Shown here in pieces: positions 10,701 to 19,737 of a stretch of DNA of 64,000 nucleotides (position 1 is the first letter of the stretch; each line of letters starts with the position of its first letter). The position numbers and the translations under genes are program-made. Under the pieces are notes generated by a model. That model was given only the letters and a program-made list of their open reading frames with translations. It had not been told where the DNA came from and did no database searches. The stretch covers positions 36,054 through 100,053 of the forward strand of contig WAMF01000001.1 in NCBI GenBank assembly GCA_015522475.1, in the 5' to 3' direction. This DNA is from Candidatus Micrarchaeota archaeon. Its GTDB lineage: Archaea; Micrarchaeota; Micrarchaeia; Anstonellales; J096.

Positions 10701-11137
10701 TGAAAAGTTGAATTGGCAATTGTAACATTATCTGAGTTAGAAGATGTCATTATACCTGTGCTATAACCAGAAATCCTACAATTTCTAATAGTAAGATTAC
10801 TATGATGTCCTAATGAGATAGCGGTTCCTGCATTTGGATCTCCATTTCCTAATAAAGTATTGATACTTAAATTAACTCCTTTACCAATAATGTGAGATTC
10901 GTTACAATCAAAAACAAGAGTGTCATTATCAATTTCAATTGCATCGTCACAACAATCTACTGGAATAGAATAATTGTCCTCGCACAACGTCACACTCTCG
11001 TGGATGTAATAAGTATTGCCTGTTTTTGTCACGGCCGTGCCCCACGTTGAGTTGTCGCTTAAATTGACGCAGGCCGAAAAAGCCATAGATAAGAATGCTA
11101 ATAACAGAAAGAAAGCAGCAAAGTACCTGGCTCGCAT
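7748..11137 (-). CDS. large cell-surface protein with right-handed parallel beta-helix repeats, Pro/Thr/Lys linker, Ig-like C-terminal region and C-terminal TM anchor
   Basis: 1129 aa with N-terminal signal peptide. Dozens of N-x-S/T sequons embedded in ~22-aa NxxI/V-containing repeats (NosD/pectin-lyase-like), then PPSPPTPPKPKKHKKP linker, beta-rich domains, a hydrophobic helix and a basic tail (KRRGRRQSEKK). Confidence 0.7.
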   Translation of the reverse strand: MRARYFAAFFLLLAFLSMAFSACVNLSDNSTWGTAVTKTGNTYYIHESVTLCEDNYSIPVDCCDDAIEIDNDTLVFDCNESHIIGKGVNLSINTLLGNGDPNAGTAISLGHHSNLTIRNCRISGYSTGIMTSSNSDNVTIANSTFHSNVEGISFHLETSNLTISSNRFYNNVIDILFGLPSTSDKNGCYDVNIYNNTGYNSNPIFYSSDSQVHLTNGTYAELIFCGNDNISVENVTIQGSNETSSDGIFMTYVNNIIVNNVTFNNTRTGVEGYYGGHSFQMEECVINSTNLLYGVYTYSYGAGANNSACVKNNLIYTPTISNNLMSSYSGVAGILLEFANLTITNNTILFGNLYYGGIYVSSNHSVIANNTLNSTSLTRVNSILALESNNTYIFNNRLNYVNGTGISFGSVSTNASIFGNTLTYTYGVGMNISVDNVNIFNNTLNYTYGLALLLEHDISNFQPGNNYSITSNIISYVNGSGILVGGNNVNISNNNITASTILTPSFVTGWPSFAEFLLFSQNSTIFNNTITANHTDLSTLYLYNAVNTSLISNNISVGDGPFTIYFDVGSGGTIQGNTLSNASHGVYLTGISFYNILNNTIISKGDSIYLGTSNSGGTIHNSTFNNISYNNLCGAPTVGLYLDENTTNNTGEHNYGNMTDLGTNNTIEMLNCSLLNQPPSPPTPPKPKKHKKPLSINYTLKNSSLIVYVTSDGRDVWDAHVVLRQVDTPPDTPFYIKSSTTDDKGEVTFTLPYPAKYKISATKSGYKRAETTFTYTAPEKPKKAQPTYNLKLAWNYNTEKALLSIYTTLYKDNESINPTDVTVRISGENISYSGHPDSKGTITLSINQSGNYTIKATYKNISAQKMAEIILPTTQPQGGSSSSGGLSVNTTEKSLVISAPSQAYVGDKIIIHITYQDGSPASNINIKAVSDKGTWSLKTNEDGEATFIPPSAGSYMYTSNMPIKQTTTTLVKVRPEEKPTVHTKTVDFNVQSQAIIYVKPKVKGSYTAKVYLGNKLIMEKEGSGNETLELRNLPKGKYHVVVVSHKSIDNVGIEVANLGLEKAVSNYVIGGAILVVLALIVVIRYVVKRRGRRQSEKKGVNEEEGNEQAGVTRVAGEAEEPGNENPPTF

Positions 11138-11218
11138 GTAAGGCTATGAAAGGATATCTATAAAAAGCTATTTGCACGTAGTGTGGATAAAATTTAAAGT
11201 CTTCGCGCCAAAAGGCCC

Positions 11219-11806
11219 ATGATGAAGATCCACTTCGTCACAACAAACAGAGGGAAATTCCTCACAGCCAAAGCCGCGCTGGGAAAGTACGACATAGAAG
11301 TTATTCACGAACCTGTAGAAATCCCTGAAATAAGGGCAGAGACGGTGGAGGAAGTAGCGATAGATAAGGTGATATGGGCGTGGCAGAAACTCTCCAAGCC
11401 GTTATTCGTCATAGACGCTGGACTGCACATCCCTTCCCTCAACGGCTTTCCCGGGCCGTTCTCAAAATTCGTGCTGGAAAAGATTGGCGTCGAGGGCATG
11501 CTGAGGCTGACGGAAAGAAAGGAAACGCCTGCCTACTTCATAGACGCGCTTGCCTATATGGACGAGAGACTGAGCAAGCCCAAGCTCTTCACAGCCAAAA
11601 TCCACGGTGTCCTAATTAGCGAGCCAAGAGGCGAAGCTAGAGAATATGCATGGTCTGATTATTTTTACATATTCAAACCCCAAGGCGAAGAGAAAACACT
11701 GGCTGAGATGAACAAGGATGAATACGCGAAATGGAGAGAAAACCTACAGACAGTAACAGAGACCTTTGGAGAACGGCCAGCAGAGAAAGCGAGTGGGCAA
11801 AGCTAA
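11219..11806 (+). CDS. non-canonical purine NTP pyrophosphatase (Ham1/ITPase family)
   Basis: N-terminal IHFVTTNRGK...E.PE lysine/acid motif pattern of RdgB/Ham1; 195 aa. Confidence 0.7.
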   Translation: MMKIHFVTTNRGKFLTAKAALGKYDIEVIHEPVEIPEIRAETVEEVAIDKVIWAWQKLSKPLFVIDAGLHIPSLNGFPGPFSKFVLEKIGVEGMLRLTERKETPAYFIDALAYMDERLSKPKLFTAKIHGVLISEPRGEAREYAWSDYFYIFKPQGEEKTLAEMNKDEYAKWRENLQTVTETFGERPAEKASGQS

Positions 11807-11842
11807 GCAAACCCTTTTAACTTTATTACCCATAGAAAGGGC

Positions 11843-13411
11843 ATGGCAGATAAAGAGTACGTTCTCGACACCTCCGTAGTAGTTGACGGAAGGATACTGG
11901 AGTTAATAGAAGAAGGAGAGGTAAAAGGCACGCTCATATTGCCAAGGGCTGTCATAGCCGAGATGGAACATCAAGCAAATATGAATAAAGAACTGGGTTT
12001 CACAGGTTTTACAGTCATAGAAAAGCTAAGAGCACTAGAGAAAGCCAAAAAAATCCGCTTAGAGATAGATGGAGAGCGCCCGACGGAGCGGGAAATAGAG
12101 CTAGCTAAAAAAGCGGGCACTATCGACGCCAAGATAAGGGAGCTAGCCAGAATAAGAAATGCCATTTTAATAACAGGCGACAAAGTTCAGCACCTAGCAG
12201 CAGAAGCAGAAGGCATAGAAACGCTTTATTTACACGCAAAAGAAGAGGTTCACGGTCTAGGCTTCGAAAAGTACTTCGACGGATTAACAATGTCTGTTCA
12301 TATAAAGGAAAACCTACCCGTCGTCGTGAAGAGGGGTAAGCCAGGCAATTGGAAGATGATAACGCTAGATGAAGTTATAGACACAGACAAATTAAGGGCT
12401 CTATCAGAAGAGATAATAGAAGCAACACGCCGGAATGCCCAGTATTATGTAGAGTTAGACCAGCCCGGAGCAACAGTTATACAGATGGGTGATTACCGCA
12501 TCGTCATAACAAAGCCCCCCTTTTCAGACAACTTCGAGATAACAATCGTGAAACCCATAGTTAAGCTCAGCTTAAAAGACTACAAGTTGGATAAAAAGCT
12601 TCTGAAACGCCTAAATGAAGAGGCAGAGGGTATACTTATATGTGGCCCGCCTGGCAGCGGCAAGACAACATTCGCGACAGCTCTAGCAGAGTACTATTAC
12701 AAAAAAGGCTTCATAGTGAAAACGCTAGAAGACCCACGCGACATGCAAGTAGTAGACGCCATAACACAATACACGCGCCTCAATGGAAGCTACGAGAAGG
12801 CAAAGGACATTCTTCTCTTAGTGAGGCCCGACTACGTCTTCTTCGACGAAGTTAGAAAGACAGAAGAGTTCATCATATACAGTGACCTCCGCATGACTGG
12901 TATAGGTATGGTCGGCGTAGTCCACGCAAAGAAAGCCATCGACGCCATTCAGCGCTTCATAAACAAAATAGAGCTGGGCGTTATACCTCAAGTTATTGAC
13001 ACAGTTATCCTTATAGACAAGGGCAATGTTGGAAAAGTTTACAGTCTCGAACACACAATAAAGGTGCCGACGGGCATGACTGAAAAAGATTTGGCTAGGC
13101 CAGTCATAGAAGTAAGAGATTTCTTCAAAAACGAGCTGGAATTCGAGATTTACAAGTTCGGCGAAGAAACCGTCGTTCTACCCATAAAGGAAATCCAAAA
13201 TAAAGCTCAAGCCCAACGCAGCCTCAGAAATATTCAACACGTAATGAACAACCTTTTTGAGGAGGGCGAAGTAAGAGTAGAAAGCGAAGACGGAAGAATC
13301 ATAATATACGCGACGAAGCGAGCCATCCATGCCCTTAACCACAAGTACAGAAAACGCCTTGACAGGCTCGTGAAGCGCTACGGTGAGATAGAGGTGAGGC
13401 CCCTTGATTAA
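11843..13411 (+). CDS. PIN domain - PhoH-like P-loop ATPase - KH domain protein
   Basis: N-terminal PIN (LDTSVVVDGRI); Walker A ICGPPGSGKTTFA in the central domain; C-terminal KH-like region. Conserved archaeal architecture. Confidence 0.7.
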   Translation: MADKEYVLDTSVVVDGRILELIEEGEVKGTLILPRAVIAEMEHQANMNKELGFTGFTVIEKLRALEKAKKIRLEIDGERPTEREIELAKKAGTIDAKIRELARIRNAILITGDKVQHLAAEAEGIETLYLHAKEEVHGLGFEKYFDGLTMSVHIKENLPVVVKRGKPGNWKMITLDEVIDTDKLRALSEEIIEATRRNAQYYVELDQPGATVIQMGDYRIVITKPPFSDNFEITIVKPIVKLSLKDYKLDKKLLKRLNEEAEGILICGPPGSGKTTFATALAEYYYKKGFIVKTLEDPRDMQVVDAITQYTRLNGSYEKAKDILLLVRPDYVFFDEVRKTEEFIIYSDLRMTGIGMVGVVHAKKAIDAIQRFINKIELGVIPQVIDTVILIDKGNVGKVYSLEHTIKVPTGMTEKDLARPVIEVRDFFKNELEFEIYKFGEETVVLPIKEIQNKAQAQRSLRNIQHVMNNLFEEGEVRVESEDGRIIIYATKRAIHALNHKYRKRLDRLVKRYGEIEVRPLD

Positions 13412-14012
13412 AGTCTCGCTTAGAGAAGACTATGATAGGGCTTTTGAGGAAGCGCTTAAAGCACTGAAAGCTGGCCGGCCCATAATTTACCCAACAGACA
13501 CAGTGTATGGAATAGGTGCTGTAGCAATAGATAAGCAAGCAGTTGAAAAAGTGTATAGAGCGAAAAGGCGCAAGAGAAGTAAGGCAGTGTCTGTCCTCGT
13601 CGGCAATTTAGCCCAAGTGTTGCGCTTTTTTAAGCCAAGCTCAGAAGAGGTTCGCTACATCTATCAATACATGCCGGGGCCTTACACATTTATAATAGAC
13701 GCTAAAGATGAGCTAAAGACGGGCCTGGGCTTCGAACGCGTCGGCCTTCGTGTGCCAGACAACTACTTCATCAGAAAGCTCGCCATAGAAGTCGGTGCTC
13801 CCATTATTACAACTTCTGCCAATATAAGCGGAAACGACGCGCACGCCACAGCAGAAGAGATCGAAAAGGAAGAAGCAGAGCTATTGAAAGAGGTTTCTTT
13901 AATAATCGACGCAGGCCCATTAAAGCACGGCGAGCCTTCGACTGTTGTAGACATAAAAGAAAAGAAAATTCTAAGGCAAGGCGCTGGAAACTTCAGATGG
14001 CTCAATGAATGA
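13404..14012 (+). CDS. tsaC: L-threonylcarbamoyladenylate synthase (Sua5/YrdC/TsaC family)
   Basis: YPTDTVYGIG motif and overall YrdC fold signature; 202 aa. 8-nt overlap with the upstream gene. Confidence 0.8.
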   Translation: MIKVSLREDYDRAFEEALKALKAGRPIIYPTDTVYGIGAVAIDKQAVEKVYRAKRRKRSKAVSVLVGNLAQVLRFFKPSSEEVRYIYQYMPGPYTFIIDAKDELKTGLGFERVGLRVPDNYFIRKLAIEVGAPIITTSANISGNDAHATAEEIEKEEAELLKEVSLIIDAGPLKHGEPSTVVDIKEKKILRQGAGNFRWLNE

Positions 14013-14085
14013 AAAAATGAAGAAAGGCCAATTGAGTGCTTTCACTTCTTGCTCCTCGCTACCTTCGGGCTGCCAAAGGAATACC

Positions 14086-15423
14086 TTAAAGTTTAAGCTC
14101 CGAATGCTCTAAGGAAGGCTTTAACTTCCATACAACGAACGCTGTAGAAATCATATTGAGCTGCGTCAAGTTAAAGAATATACGCAAATTTATAGGCAGG
14201 GATTTAGCCTTATAAGGAGAAAGAGTTGTTATGGGCTGCCTCTCTTTTATAGAGCGGATAATTTCTTGGATTGTAGGCCTTCGCCTTTCATAAACAACGC
14301 CATTCCAACCCTGCCCTAATAGAGAAGTGTGGGCTGAGGATGGCCAAGGATTGATGTGGCTATCGGGTTCAAAGAACACAACCTTTCCCCATGCTCTCCA
14401 TTCATCAGCAGCAAATATCTCAAGCTCTCCTTCGCGAGAAGGGCTCATAAGATTAACATCTTCGGCATTTAAGTTACCCTCTAGGGTTGACCCTTTCTTT
14501 GGAATAATTTTTTTCTTTGCTCTCTCTAGAAGGTGTTTTACAAAAGCCTCCATCCATAGGTTTGAAAAAGTAACTTTGGACTTAGCAGCGTCGGCATTAA
14601 ATATTGAAATAGCATCTGCCCTTTCAACAAGAGCTTCTATGAGGGCTCGGGCTCTAGGCATGTAGTGAAAAATGCCTGTTGCGTGAAACTTGCCAAATAT
14701 TCTCGTGCCATAAAAAGGATGTGGAATACCCACAGCTACATCTTTGTGATCTAGAAGCCAAAGAAGCATATCCTCTCCTCTTGTCCTGGGAGGTAGAGGA
14801 GGATACAACTTGTTAAATGGTGTTAGCTTAACCACGTCTGAACAAAATGTTTTTGCAAGCTCGGCATTAGGGAACCAATGAAGCACATGAAAGCCGTCAA
14901 TAACACTGCCTATGTTGTACGTGAATTCAGCCGCATAGCCCTTATCTATGTTAAAAGCTCTTAGGAATTTCCTCATAGCTTCTATTCTGACTATTTCCAT
15001 GTTGTTGTGAAAGCCGGAGAGATCAAAATCTATGTGGTGAAACGCTAGGTCTAAAACTACAAGTTCATAGGGGGATAAGCCATCGTCCACAAGGCGCTTT
15101 CCGGCAAAGGAACGCGTATGACCGTGAAGATGGACAAGGTAAAGAGAGCTCGGTTTAGTTAAAGCTGTTAATTCTACCTCGTCAAGTATATCACTAAGGC
15201 TATACTTAGGAAAGGCAAGATAAGTTGCAGGGCCATAGCCCACTGGGCTCATCTCGAGAAATAAAAAATTTGCTGCCCTTTCTTTAATTTTGGCCAGCAC
15301 AAAAAAATTAGACTGCCTAGCATTTCCTCTGTTGAATAGATAAAGATGGCCCTTCATTCGAATAGGCACTCTGTGAAAGCCCCGTTCCTTCATTCCTGCT
15401 ATGATCTCTTCCTTCAGAGACAT
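14086..15423 (-). CDS. hypothetical protein, possible metal-dependent hydrolase
   Basis: 445 aa with His-rich motifs (VHLHGHT...DDG; AFHHIDFD). Family not recognised. Confidence 0.35.
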   Translation of the reverse strand: MSLKEEIIAGMKERGFHRVPIRMKGHLYLFNRGNARQSNFFVLAKIKERAANFLFLEMSPVGYGPATYLAFPKYSLSDILDEVELTALTKPSSLYLVHLHGHTRSFAGKRLVDDGLSPYELVVLDLAFHHIDFDLSGFHNNMEIVRIEAMRKFLRAFNIDKGYAAEFTYNIGSVIDGFHVLHWFPNAELAKTFCSDVVKLTPFNKLYPPLPPRTRGEDMLLWLLDHKDVAVGIPHPFYGTRIFGKFHATGIFHYMPRARALIEALVERADAISIFNADAAKSKVTFSNLWMEAFVKHLLERAKKKIIPKKGSTLEGNLNAEDVNLMSPSREGELEIFAADEWRAWGKVVFFEPDSHINPWPSSAHTSLLGQGWNGVVYERRRPTIQEIIRSIKERQPITTLSPYKAKSLPINLRIFFNLTQLNMISTAFVVWKLKPSLEHSELKL

Positions 15424-15570
15424 GCTTTCTCACTTCTTCTTTCACCCAAGCCACAGTGTATCCATAACATGCCCTTAGTTTAATTATATTGTTGTATTTT
15501 TATTTCTTTACCACGCCTTTCGCTATTTAAGCCCAAAGGCAAGGAAAGTTAAGTCTTAATTTACAGCCCC

Positions 15571-16734
15571 TTATTTTTTAGCGGCGCTTACAAGCTCTAC
15601 GGCGTCGAGGTGTTTAAGCACATGGTCTTTGGCTAAACGCATTTTCGTCCTCACATCAATCCCATAGAGGAGATGCTTAGCTATGTCGCTGTGAATCTTC
15701 ATGGCAAAATCGTAGACGGTTGCATCCTTGGGCAGAAGGAAACAATCGGGCAATACCCTCCCCTTACTATCGACGAGTTTACTGCCAGCAGGATAAACGG
15801 CCTTATAACCAAGAACGCCGAAGACCGCATGCTCAATGACTTGTTGGACACCTGTACTGCCAAAGGGTTTGAGGACATTCTCGCGTATAGCGTTAAGAGC
15901 AGCTTCCTGCTCCGCTGAGAGTTTGCCCTTTACTTCGAAATCCGACTCGCCGGGCACGTAGTCTATGAGGCCGGCCTTAGCAGCCCTCTTCAACGCCAGC
16001 TCGGCAACTGCTGAAACCGGAATCATATCGTACTTATCTTTTAACCGCTCATAGTTGGCTTTACCCTCCTTTGTGTCCACTTTATTGGCGGCGGTAACTA
16101 TAGCTTTTGTTTTCTGCCTCAAAAACCTCGCTACTTCGAGAAGGTCTTGCCAAGAGGCTATTGGGCCAAAGCGCTCTACGGTTTCCTCCGCTATACCTTC
16201 ATCGACGCGGAAGCTACTCAGAATCTCGACGAGTACATCTGCATCCTTCATGCCCGAGCGTTTAAGCCTCTCCATCCTATCGCGGTTCCTCTCTATAACG
16301 CCCTTATACCAGTAGTCAAGCTCGTCTTCGAGGAAGGCTATGTCCTTCTCAGGGTCGTGGCTGCCAGGCTCGACGGCATTACCCTCTTCATCCGTCGAAC
16401 CGCTCATATCTACAACGTGGATGAGTGCTTCCGCTTGGTTTAAATTGTTGAGGAATTGATTGCCTAAGCCTCTGCCTTCGTGGGCTCCGGGAATTAGGCC
16501 AGCGACGTCTATGATTTTAACGGGAACGAAGCGCCATGGGCCCGCTATATAACCCGTGCGCGGCGTCGCCTTAACGCCGAATTCGGGGCCTATTTCCTTA
16601 ACGCGGACATAAGCAGTGCCGACGTTGGGTTCAATAGTTGTGAAAGGTCGGCTGTTTATCTCGACAGTGGCCATAGTAACCGCTGCAAAGAACGTGCTTT
16701 TGCCAGATGATGGTTTCCCAACGAGGCCGAGCAT
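15571..16734 (-). CDS. Obg-like/YchF-family P-loop GTPase with TGS-like C-terminus
   Basis: GKPSSGKST P-loop, FTTIEPNVG switch motif, DVAGLIPGA (G3), NK.D (G4). Confidence 0.65.
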   Translation of the reverse strand: MLGLVGKPSSGKSTFFAAVTMATVEINSRPFTTIEPNVGTAYVRVKEIGPEFGVKATPRTGYIAGPWRFVPVKIIDVAGLIPGAHEGRGLGNQFLNNLNQAEALIHVVDMSGSTDEEGNAVEPGSHDPEKDIAFLEDELDYWYKGVIERNRDRMERLKRSGMKDADVLVEILSSFRVDEGIAEETVERFGPIASWQDLLEVARFLRQKTKAIVTAANKVDTKEGKANYERLKDKYDMIPVSAVAELALKRAAKAGLIDYVPGESDFEVKGKLSAEQEAALNAIRENVLKPFGSTGVQQVIEHAVFGVLGYKAVYPAGSKLVDSKGRVLPDCFLLPKDATVYDFAMKIHSDIAKHLLYGIDVRTKMRLAKDHVLKHLDAVELVSAAKK

Positions 16735-16828
16735 ACCTCAGACTTCCCTAGAAGGTTTTTTAAGCTAAGATGGCTCTAGTCTGGGAACTGCAACAGGTTT
16801 AAAAATTAGCTTTCTTATAAACGCTACA

Positions 16829-17752
16829 ATGCAACTCTACGACAAGCTTAACCAAGCGTGGAAGCAAACAGCTAAGATAGTGCTGGGCGACGAAGTAGGT
16901 GAGTTGAAGGATTATGAAGGGCTACTTAAGCAACACATGGAAGGTGAGCTTATAGAGAAGCGCTCAGCCATAAGTGAAGAAGCTGTAAGCGTGCCAGCTG
17001 AATACAAAGCCCTGCCCGTCGCTTCTATGAGTGAGTTAGATAAACTGAGAAGGGTTAAGCTGGACATCAACGACATAAAGGACATAGATACGATTGTGGA
17101 GAGGCTAAAGGAAGAGTTTGTTTATGTCGGTAATGTGGCCTTGGGAAAGAGCAACTTTGTTGAAAAGAGCAGTAAAGTTGTCGACAGTCAATATATATAC
17201 AACAGCTATGATGTGTTCAACTCTAGGTTCGTTATGTATGGAAGCCATATTCGTAATGAGAAGTATGTCTTCGGTGTAAGAGATGGAGGAAATGTTGAGT
17301 TCGCCATTCTATGTAGAGGGTATGGGGGCACTAAAGAAGCGGCATCCATACGAGTATTTGAAAGCGTAGTCATAGGCTTTTCTAAAAACACATACTACGG
17401 CGCTGTTTGCACATATTGCAATGAGGTCTTCTTCTCCTTCTTCCAGTACGGCGCCCGCTACACCATAGGCAACCTCCAGCATACCCCCGACAAGTATAAG
17501 CAGATAAAGGCGGCTTTGCTCGAAGAGATTAGAGATAATCTTAAGGCTAAGAAACATGTAAGCATCTTTGACTTATTCATGGAAGGCACAGAAGAGCAAG
17601 AAGAGACAAAGCGCATTGTACAGGAGAGATTAGCGGGCCAATCCTATGAAATTCCCTTTGATAAAAAGCCCATAGAGGAGGCATTTACTGCCACAAGTAA
17701 GCTGTTGTTGGGTAAGCCTCTAGAGGACGGCATAGATGCATACGAGAAGTGA
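16829..17752 (+). CDS. N-terminal half-homolog of the repeat-module protein (split paralog of 20002..21609)
   Basis: Colinear with residues 1-300 of ORF 20002..21609 (MxLYxKLNQAWKQTxKIVLGDEVGEL...IGNLQ..DKY.Q.KAALLE.IR..LKAKK); ~85% DNA identity over the first ~60 nt. Confidence 0.5.
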   Translation: MQLYDKLNQAWKQTAKIVLGDEVGELKDYEGLLKQHMEGELIEKRSAISEEAVSVPAEYKALPVASMSELDKLRRVKLDINDIKDIDTIVERLKEEFVYVGNVALGKSNFVEKSSKVVDSQYIYNSYDVFNSRFVMYGSHIRNEKYVFGVRDGGNVEFAILCRGYGGTKEAASIRVFESVVIGFSKNTYYGAVCTYCNEVFFSFFQYGARYTIGNLQHTPDKYKQIKAALLEEIRDNLKAKKHVSIFDLFMEGTEEQEETKRIVQERLAGQSYEIPFDKKPIEEAFTATSKLLLGKPLEDGIDAYEK

Positions 17753-18447
17753 CTTACAAAGAAAACGCCTACTACGATTATGAGCCCGTGAAGAGCGCGT
17801 TTATGGGCTGGGTAGGGCACATGAATTATAAGCTTGACAATCTTCCAAGAAAGGTTGTGGAAAGGACTTTTATAACTGAAAGAGAAGGGAAGGTCTTAGG
17901 TAGTAGCGTGCACATAAAAGAAGAAGAGGTGGATGAACTTTCTTTTAAAGACATAGAAAACTTGAAGAGGATAATCTCCAGAGTTTACACTATAACATAC
18001 CATTCAAAGGATGACCTCTCTTCAAACTTTGACGATGCCGCCTCTGTGTATGGGTCGAGGGATGTCTACAGGAGTCCAATAACGATGTTCAGCAAAAAAT
18101 GCGCTTACTCCATTTTTCCTAGGAATAGCAGTTACCAATTCGGCTCATCCCTCGTATTGCAAAGCGAGTTCGGCATAAACGTGTACATGAGCGATAACAT
18201 CAAACGCGGCTTTGAAGTGGATAACTCCGCTCACAGCAGCGACATCTACTTCAGCCATAACTGCGAAGGCAGCTCCGATGTGATGTTCTGCTTTAACGGG
18301 AAAGGGCAGCGTAATAGCATAGGACATAATCAGCTGGAGAGGAGCAAGTACTTGGAAATAAAGGCCGCCCTGCTCGAGCAGATATGGAGCGAGCTCAATG
18401 CAAAGAAGGATTTCCGCTACGGCATTTATTCGCTGGTGAGGGAGTAA
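17749..18447 (+). CDS. C-terminal half-homolog of the repeat-module protein (split paralog)
   Basis: GTG start overlapping the upstream stop (GTGA); aligns to the C-terminal module of 20002..21609 (SSDIYFSH..SS.VMF....G.R..IG...L...KYL.IKAALLEQI). Confidence 0.5.
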   Translation: MTYKENAYYDYEPVKSAFMGWVGHMNYKLDNLPRKVVERTFITEREGKVLGSSVHIKEEEVDELSFKDIENLKRIISRVYTITYHSKDDLSSNFDDAASVYGSRDVYRSPITMFSKKCAYSIFPRNSSYQFGSSLVLQSEFGINVYMSDNIKRGFEVDNSAHSSDIYFSHNCEGSSDVMFCFNGKGQRNSIGHNQLERSKYLEIKAALLEQIWSELNAKKDFRYGIYSLVRE

Positions 18448-18471
18448 AGGAGCAAAATAGGAAAAGCATTT

Positions 18472-18783
18472 TCATTCATCCAGATTCTTAACCCTTAACC
18501 AGTTCTTAACAGATAGAAGAACGGCTTTCCTCAACCTCTCTTTTACAGGGCCGAAACTGCTTGAATCGCCCATCCATTTTACAGAGCCCTGTTCGACGCT
18601 GATGATGCCAGCACCTAAAAAGTCGAGTTCATCTAACGGCCTATGGACTTTTTCAGCATATTTACCCGCTAATACGCCATGATTCGGCGCTTCCTTAAAA
18701 GGAAGAAGAAATATTAAAAGGTGGTTTTGAGTTCTCAGTAAGAGAAAAAGGTGTTTACCATTCTTTTCCACCTTACCTTTCAC
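18472..18783 (-). CDS. hypothetical protein
   Basis: 103-aa ORF; no motifs recognised. Confidence 0.3.
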   Translation of the reverse strand: MKGKVEKNGKHLFLLLRTQNHLLIFLLPFKEAPNHGVLAGKYAEKVHRPLDELDFLGAGIISVEQGSVKWMGDSSSFGPVKERLRKAVLLSVKNWLRVKNLDE

Positions 18784-18986
18784 ATCTAGTGGTTGGAACT
18801 TCTCTTGGTCGATTGGGCTAGATGAAGAATCAAACAGCGGGGTTGATAGATCGTGGTTGTTAAAGGACTGTGTAGACCGGGAAAGAGCAGCTAATTTATG
18901 TGAGGGGGGACGGCGATATGTATGTATATATAATCCGCGGGAACCGAAAGCTTTATAAATCTGCTCTAGAGGCTATTGACAGCTGT

Positions 18987-19607
18987 CTAATGGTTTTTCT
19001 GCTTTTCTGCGTCGGCCTTGGCTAAAAGCTCCCTGGCAAAAGAAAAGCGTTGAATCAAACCAATCAAGGCAATCGCTGCAAGAACATATAAGCCAACGAC
19101 GTTGAGGTCAAAACCACAGCAGGACGGCCAAAAAGGCCTAAAGAGGAGCGTAAAAAAGACAATTAATAAGCGCTCAGCCCTCTCGCCAATAGCAGGCCAA
19201 TCGGGATTGCCAAGGGGTACAACCATCTCTGCCCGCGCTTTAGCGAAAGCGACGAGAAGGGAAAGCACAGCCGCAAAAAATGCTGCTGTGGGATAACCAG
19301 CTAAAGCAAAACCTGCAAGTATAGTAACTTCCTGCACTTTATCAGTGAACGCATCCCAGTAGGAGCCAAACAGCGTCTTTTTGTTGTTGGCCTTTGCAAT
19401 TGCACCGTCAATATTGTCAACAACGGACGAGAGAATAACAAATAAAGCAGCCCATAGCCACGCATGCACAAAGATGAAGTATGCTGCTATAAAAGCTAGA
19501 GGGTATGCCCAAGCAGTAACGTGGTTGGGGTCAAAACACGAGAGGCGCTTACCCAAAGGAAAGAAAACGTGCTTATTCAGCCAGTCACGCATGAGAGAGC
19601 CAAGCAT
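18987..19607 (-). CDS. CDP-alcohol phosphatidyltransferase family protein
   Basis: Multi-TM; D..DG.AK....T.FGSYWDAFTDKV matches the CDP-OH_P_transf motif D(x2)DG(x2)AR(x8)G(x3)D(x3)D. Confidence 0.7.
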   Translation of the reverse strand: MLGSLMRDWLNKHVFFPLGKRLSCFDPNHVTAWAYPLAFIAAYFIFVHAWLWAALFVILSSVVDNIDGAIAKANNKKTLFGSYWDAFTDKVQEVTILAGFALAGYPTAAFFAAVLSLLVAFAKARAEMVVPLGNPDWPAIGERAERLLIVFFTLLFRPFWPSCCGFDLNVVGLYVLAAIALIGLIQRFSFARELLAKADAEKQKNH

Positions 19608-19737
19608 AGTCTGCTTAGAACAGAAAGATTAAAAAACAAAGAGCGAATCATGCAGCGAAGAATGTCACAAGTGTGTGTCACAACGTGGTAGTTAAAGGGA
19701 AGCGAAAGGATTAAAAAGAATTTTGCTCCTATATTTC

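Noticed and set aside
10114-11177. Small ORFs antisense to the 1129-aa surface protein gene (10114..10317, 10947..11177)
   Set aside because: Embedded in a long, well-supported ORF on the other strand with no motifs of their own.
16829-18447. Treating the split repeat-module genes as a simple frameshift pseudogene
   Set aside because: Both halves are long intact ORFs and the junction uses an overlapping GTGA start/stop typical of translational coupling. The linker region is divergent from the fused paralog rather than one base out. A sequencing error cannot be excluded without reads.
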